This document shows positions 55,024-64,000 of a stretch of 64,000 bases of DNA, in pieces. The notes under the pieces are model-generated. The model was given only the letters and a program-made list of their open reading frames with translations. It made no database searches and was not told where the DNA came from. Every line of letters starts with the position of its first letter. Position 1 is the stretch's first letter. The translations under genes and the position numbers were made by a program. This DNA comes from the human T2T-CHM13v2.0 reference genome, Homo sapiens. The DNA is taken from the NCBI RefSeq assembly GCF_009914755.1, contig NC_060927.1; one strand, 5' to 3'.

Positions 55024-57279
55024 GTGTTTTAAAAAACTAAACTCCAGATTGTATTCAAGAGGAAAACGTGCAAAGAAATGTTTTCTATTGTAGCCACAAG
55101 TAGTACCAAATAAACACGGTACTCAATTTGATTTTACCAAACGTATATTTTTCTGCTTGCTCCCATTCCCAAAAAGTAACAGCCAGAGTGGTATAGCAGC
55201 CTCCGGTGTGCTTTTTGAATCATGGCAAAAGTTGCACTTCTGGCACACACACCACAGTTCCAAAACTAAAACCTGAAGACAATCACGATCAACTAGAGTA
55301 AATGTAAGGCGGGCACACAGAGCGGGGATAAGGGATACATGTTATGAAACAAAAGCAACTTTCTCATATAGAGCCAGCATCTTGACAACAGCTTGTCTCT
55401 CAGAACTATAGGTGTTATTAGGTTAAGAATACTGATTCACAGAGCAAGCATGCCCACCATTAGTAGGTTAATGTTTCACTTAGAAACAGTAATTTATTTT
55501 CTGCTTAAAGTTGGTTTTTGACAAATACTATAATATAATAGATTGTCTTAGTACATAGATGCGTATTAGTATAGGTGGAGGAGGCCCTGGGACAGAGCTA
55601 GTTTGATATTATACTCTGTAATATTTTAAATACTCAGCTAATGTTAGAAGTAATAAAGATACCTCTGTCTCTGTAGGAGATTTCAGAGAGAGAATCTTTT
55701 TAGGCGAGGTTTAAAAGGCAGAGATTTGATTTGAACTAGAATTGTTCGGTGTTCTGAATTCAGAGAGGTTGCCCTCCTGCTGTTTGAAACCGCACCAATT
55801 GGGAAACCTAGAAAAGAAGTTGCCAATCACTACCCAAACTGGTCAGCCTATTGGAGAAAGCCTGATCCCAAGCCAAAAACCTTTAAAGTTACATACACCC
55901 AATTTTCAATGAAATTGTTTTCCTTTTAAAATTGCCTATCTAAATTACTATGGCACGCCTAACATTTAAATAATCATGAGAATAATTTCTATAAACTCCA
56001 CACATAGCATTCTCATTCCTGGCATTGAAAATAGCTATGACTATAACCTCTTATCTCTGTCTTACAAAATTCAGATTGCTGGAGTGGTTGCCAAATCCTA
56101 TGGTTAGGTTTAGATAGTGAGAAATAAAATGCACAAGCTATAAGTAATCAATGAGAGGTAGCTGCTCTTTCCAACTTTGTTTTATCATGCTTATTGATGA
56201 ATTCTTATTTTTTATATTATTTTAAATGAAGACCTCACAAGAACACCTTCTCCATCAATTTCTTCTTACTTCATGGAAAATGATAATAAATCAAGAAACA
56301 TAAATGACATCTCTGTGTCTCTTATATACATCTCTATATAAAATGACGTATCTATGATTTCATGATTTTGTTTAAAGCATTAGTAAGCTACTTAGCAGGG
56401 ATTCTAGCTTAACTGCAGAGTGGCTGTTGAGATTGTTCAAAACCAAGCCTACATATTTGTCTGTAAGACTTTAAATTGATGAAGGCATAAATTCATACAT
56501 TATCTTTCTGTATCAAGGATGCATGAAAAGAGAACGGAATTTGAAAAGGTTAGAAAAGGGTAAGAGTAAAAAGGAGGTAACATAAAGATGGCATGAGGAA
56601 AACCAAAACGGCAATTAGTAGTTTACCTCCACCCTAGGAAGGTGAAATAGATAAGGAGAATTCTTCGTTGAAGTGATAAGCAAAAAAGTGAGAAGGTGGT
56701 AAAAGCTTTATTTACTGTATCATTATTACCCATAATCAGAAAATATTGTCCATGTGGCCAAAACAAATACATGTAGCAAAAATTCAAAAAACAAATGTAT
56801 TTTATAAGTGTTAGCCTGATCTTCAAACTCCAAACTCCAATCTCCAAAGCATTATTTTAAGAAAGAAAGACGGTACTATAGGATTCAACTATAAGTGATT
56901 AGCCTTTAATTATATTACCATTATTCACTTTTCTCCTAAAATATACATAATTTTTCCAGACTTACGAAAACTCTTTTTCAGACTTATTAAACCTCTTTAA
57001 TTGCTAATGTACTCACTTCCTACAATTTGCACTACATTACCCCAAATTTGTCCTCACTCTGCAGAAGTGCTTCATGAAGACTTCTATTGTTTGCCAAGAA
57101 ACTAACCCTCAAGAACAGGCAGAGGTTCCTATACAAGTGCTAATGAGTGCTTGGCTTCCAAGCAGCAATCTCGCCACTGCAGCTCTCACACAACAGTGTT
57201 AATAAGTATTTAACGCCTTTAGGGAAGCCTCCTGGGTTGGGGACAAAGCACCCAAAAGAGGATGTTCTAATCCTCAACC

Positions 57280-57630
57280 CCAGTGGTTCTCAAACTCTGG
57301 CATGTTTGGCATGTTTCAAAATCACCCAGAGCACTTCCTTATATAGACATCAGGTGTCTTTACCAAAGATCCTGATGCTGTGGAGCTGAAACAGGGCCTG
57401 GGAAGCTGCATTTATGAGTCCATCATCACCTATGATCCTAATGCAGATAATTCATGGATAAGATTTACTCTGGACTGCCCCAGTTTTTTGCATACTATTT
57501 TGTCATGATTATTAACAGCAACTCCTTTTATCCTCAAAGTATCATGGTCTAGACATAGAGTATATAGCTGCCAACATTGGACCCAACTTTATAGAATCAA
57601 TCATATGGACCACATTTTGGACTGCCCTAT
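57280..57630. mobile_element. MER5-type element with a nested MER94-like insert (about 57460-57575)
   Basis: cagtggttctcaaactctggc...aatcacccagag...gggcctgggaagctgcattt; insert ggactgcccc...gattattaacagcaactccttttatcctcaaagt. Confidence 0.6.
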
Positions 57631-57709
57631 TCTACACTGTTTTTAAGAATAGGATGTAAATGGTCTTTACTGATCTACAGATCACTTTAGACCCTATCAC
57701 AATTGTGCT

Positions 57710-58070
57710 CATTGATTTGACTATTTTTAATTCTACCATATACAGGTGTTGATCTAGGCCCTAGGATACAATAGCAAACAAAGCATGCGATCTATATTCT
57801 TTAAGATTTGTGAGGAGTAGGATAAGGGAAGCCATACATGTACAAAGACAATGTCAGATAGAAAATGCTGTGACAAAACTGAGACTAATTGAGATAGAGA
57901 ATACCTGTGGGTTTGGAGCAAAAGAAACAGGGTGGTTGAGAAAGGCCTGGCTGAAGAGGTGAGCTCAAGAGCAAAAACCTTGAAGTATAATGGGTTGATT
58001 CATTTGATAAACAAAACACAAGTCAATGTGGTTTAGGAGTAGAGTGCAAGAAGGTGAGGGCCAGTCAGAA
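57710..58070 (-). mobile_element. L2 fragment
   Basis: ctaggccctaggatacaatagcaaacaaa; ggtggttgagaaaggcctggctgaagaggtga. Confidence 0.55.
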
Positions 58071-58074
58071 AAAT

Positions 58075-58550
58075 AATCATCACCATAATGACAATTATGA
58101 ACCAGGCATAGCTGTAAACCTTTATATACATTAATAGATTTAAAATTAACAATGATCTTATGAAGTAAGTACTATTGTCCCCATTTTACAGATGAGGAAA
58201 TAAAGACCTGGAAGCTGAAAGAACTTGACCAAATACCCACATGTAGCACGTGATGAACCCAGGATTCACAGCTGGGAAATCTGGTTCCAAAGTTTGCGCT
58301 TTTAAAATATCTCTCGATGATAATAATAGTAGTGATGATAATAACTATAATTAATGCCAGCTAACCTTAAGTAAGAACTTACTATAGTACTCTTTTAGGT
58401 ATATTTCAGGTATAATCTCATCTCATCATCACAAAAATTTCCTGAGGTAGGTACTATTATTTTCTCAATTTTACTTATGAGAAAAACTGAGGCACAAAGA
58501 CAGACTTTTAACTTGCACACAGTCACGAGGCAGCAAGTATTAGAGCAGAA
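58075..58550 (-). mobile_element. Two tandem MIR copies
   Basis: ccccattttacagatgaggaaa at about 58180 and ttttacttatgagaaaaactgaggcacaaaga at about 58470. Confidence 0.8.
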
Positions 58551-58685
58551 ACACATCACAAAAAGCCTTGCAAACCATGAAAAATCATATTAAATTAGAT
58601 GATCTGATGAAAAATGTGCCCCATGCACATTTTTACTCTTAGAGTCCAGATAATTTTCTAGTAAATTTCTCACCTTTAATACATC

Positions 58686-59157
<472 letters not shown>

Positions 59158-60706
59158 TAATTCTGTGCATTTACTTTCATTTTGCCACTTCACTTTGTAT
59201 GGTTTCTGTCTCTTCCTTTTCACTTATGAAGACCAGATCTTTAGAATTTTATGGTTTAAATTAAACATTTATTGAAACCCTGCCCTTTGCAAAGGGCATA
59301 ACAGGCCAGTTCTTGCAGGCTAGTTATTAAGTCTCCAAGTTACTAAGTCTTCCACTGCTGTGGAAGCTGATATGGCTGTGTGTCTCTAATGCAAGCCACG
59401 ATGCAAGGAGTGCTCCTGGACTTATGTGTACTCCATCAGCTCACAAACTTCATCCCCACACTCCCACACCATCATCACCAAACACACAGTTTTCTCCACA
59501 AAAACCATTTTAGGTTATTATTTTGGACTTGCTTTTCCCTTTAAAGTTTTTCTTAAAACCATTCTAAAATAAACACCTGTATAAAATGCTAGGGCCAGGA
59601 GAGCCACTATAGTGAGTCTTCCACCCTTGAAGGAAGTGCTCTAGAAATGGTTAGAAAGAAAAGCAAATAGAGTTGGTTGGTATGTGCTAATTCCGGAATT
59701 TTTGCAGCCCTGGTAATTTTCTAACTCTGTTTACCTAAAAGATGTAGCCAATTATCTCATTAGCTTCCTCATTATCATTTCACAAATAAAAATTAGTCTG
59801 AAGCACAGAGAGGTTAAGTGACTTGTCTAAGATGCAAAAATCAAACGATAATATTAGAAACATCAAAGGACTGGAATAGATGAGCAGAACACCATCTCCT
59901 TATGAGAAAGTTATGTTAATCTTTATCAAATTATACAGAGCTATGAAAAGTGAGAGGAAATAGACCCTGAGAACAATTCCTAAAAGCAAAGCAGAAGACA
60001 GATCATACTTGATCTAATCAAAATCTAGCAAGTGTGCTGAAGAAATCATCCAGCTTTAATTTTTCAGAAACCATTAGTTATCAAATTAGATGGAAGATAA
60101 AAGAAAAAATTGCCTTTGGCTGAAACCTACTGCTAAATTTGGTCAATTTTGTTGTTTATCAGTGCATAAAGTCCTTGCATTTACCATTTGACAAATCTGG
60201 AGGAAAAAAAAAACACTTGCTGCAATCAGGTGAAGTAGGTTATTAATGGTTCTGAACAGATACACAGGATTGCCTCATCCTGAGGCAATTAAGGATTGGA
60301 AGAAAGTGTATTTAAAATCTCTGAGGACTCACTTCATTGGAACAGGTGGTCTTTCTACAATTGACATTGTTTGTATAATTCTGAATTGCTCAGTACATTT
60401 TTTTAAACAAGTCACTCATGAATTCAGAGGTCTTCCTTTTTTTTTTTTAATTCCAGTTCAACAAGAAATAAACCAAAGAAAGCCAGAGATCTTACAAAAG
60501 AAAGATAGAGGCAAAAAGGTAATTTGCATTCTAACACTTCACACCGACAAGGTTGAAATAAAATTGAGACAAATTATTGAGAAATAAATTAAATAAATAG
60601 AAAACTTCCAGGTGACCTTTCAAGTTGAATCCCTGTACCACTTTGACTCTGGCAACCCTGTCTAATATTACTTGTCTGTCAAAGTTGCAAATCAAAGCAT
60701 CTGTAA

Positions 60707-60987
<281 letters not shown>

Positions 60988-61269
60988 AAAGCATCTGTAA
61001 ATTTTAAAGCCAAAAGTTCTTGGGAGGGAAAACACTGTTTCCCAGATACAAAAATGTAGGTGGACAGAGTTGAATTCAGCATGCAAGTTTCTATTTAAAT
61101 GTTATTTCCTCCAAGAATCTTTCACTGGCCATCCCCCAACACACACATACATATTTACACAAGATTAGATTAGATTGTTGTAACTGATTTCTCAAAGTGA
61201 CCTGCACTACCCTTATGCTAGCAGATGTCACACATTATTGCCGTTACTTGTATAATGTACTGTCTTTCC

Positions 61270-61600
61270 TTATATTGAAATGTAGTCATCTTCAAGAAAT
61301 GAAATAGTTCAAACAATAAGGATATTTATTATCTACTTAACATAAAGATGGAGATGGGTGGATTAACATTGTCATCAAAAGATCTGCTTCTTTCTCCCCT
61401 TTTTCTCTGTCATTCTCAGCTAATCAGCTACTCCCTCATGGTCACAGGATGGCTGTAGTGTCTCTCCAGACAGACGTAGAGGGGAACCCTGCTTGAGTCT
61501 ATTACTTACTGAATAAATAACCTAGTGTCCTGGTTTGAAGTTCCCTTTTACATCTATCTGGGCATAATTATTCCCCCTTTCATGCTCAAAAGTATTTCTA
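61270..61600. mobile_element. Old MLT1-type LTR fragment
   Basis: aaacaataaggatatttattatct...ccctcatggtcacaggatggctg. Confidence 0.5.
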
Positions 61601-61804
61601 TTTGAATGAGAAATTATATGGCCACTCTACCAATGTCCTGGGGTAAGTTTCTTCAATTCATTGAGCCTTCCATTTTCTTTATAAATGATGATGACACCTC
61701 TTGAATGGGGTGCATGTAAGAATTAAATAAGTGGGATTTTTTTATGTAGAGTGCCCAACATCTAGTTAATCCTGAATGGATGGTACCTCTTTAGATCAGA
61801 TGCC

Positions 61805-63260
<1,456 letters not shown>

Positions 63261-64000
63261 TAAAATTGGGAGTTAAAATATGGATTGAGCTACATATTAA
63301 CAAGATATTTCAGATCCAAGGATCTGCTCTTGAGAACAAAAACAAAAAAGGTAGGTTCAGTACTCAGAAAACCATCTAATATGAATGCATAGATTCATTG
63401 TTTTTTCAACTTTCTACTGCATTCCACATAAAGCTTCGATCACATAGCGTTTGTATCAATGGATGCTGAAAAAAATAACTCAGTCCTCAACACGTGTAAT
63501 GAATGCCTATATCCTTTTCAGAAATGTCTTTATTTTGGAGTTGTTCTGTCATTTGTGTTGCTATTGTCACCACTATCACATACCTAATACCTAATACAAA
63601 AGCACATGCAGTTATTCTTCATAGGAGGCTGAGCAACGTTCTCTCTGAAGTGGTGGGGAAAAGTTTATGCCTCCATCAGAGCGTTACCAGGACCTCCTAA
63701 CATCCTATTTTGTGATTCTAAGATTACAAATTGTGTTTTGTTTTCCCTAGAAAATATATTAGATACTTATTTGACTTTCACCAAAAGATATATCAGTATT
63801 AAGGTAATAAAATTAAGCACAATGTAATGCTAACTTCAGCTTGACTCTTATTTAACCCTCAATTTTCATTATTGTATATTCTTGTGTGAATCATGTTTAA
63901 TTTTTTAATGTGTTTTCTTGTATTTGTAATAAAGTCAAGTGTTTATTTGCTAGTTTATATTTTTCACATAGACACTTACCAATTACTTTAGTAACTATAA

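Overview
AT-rich primate genomic DNA, most likely human or another ape, judged from its THE1A, AluJ/S/Y, L1PA, HSMAR2, MIR, L2 and MER content. I cannot name the locus, and I found no intact recognisable protein-coding gene, RNA gene or CRISPR array. Most ORFs in the supplied track come from repeats or low-complexity DNA. Besides about 40 transposon copies, the repeat-free islands hold a chain of + strand exon-like segments (about 9.1-48.5 kb, best supported at 13.2-27.6 kb). These segments have AG/GT boundaries, three 80-86 nt minimal introns, compatible splice phases and frames broken by only one or two stops or a frameshift, and one is split by an AluY. The best reading is a decayed multi-exon gene (unitary pseudogene or lncRNA) of unknown identity. 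Other notable structures are an open L1 ORF0 with an in-phase splice donor, a deletion junction leaving half an L1 beside half an HSMAR2, a twin-primed L1, a triple-nested Alu and two related perfect hairpins. Repeat subfamily names come from recalled consensus sequences and boundaries are approximate.
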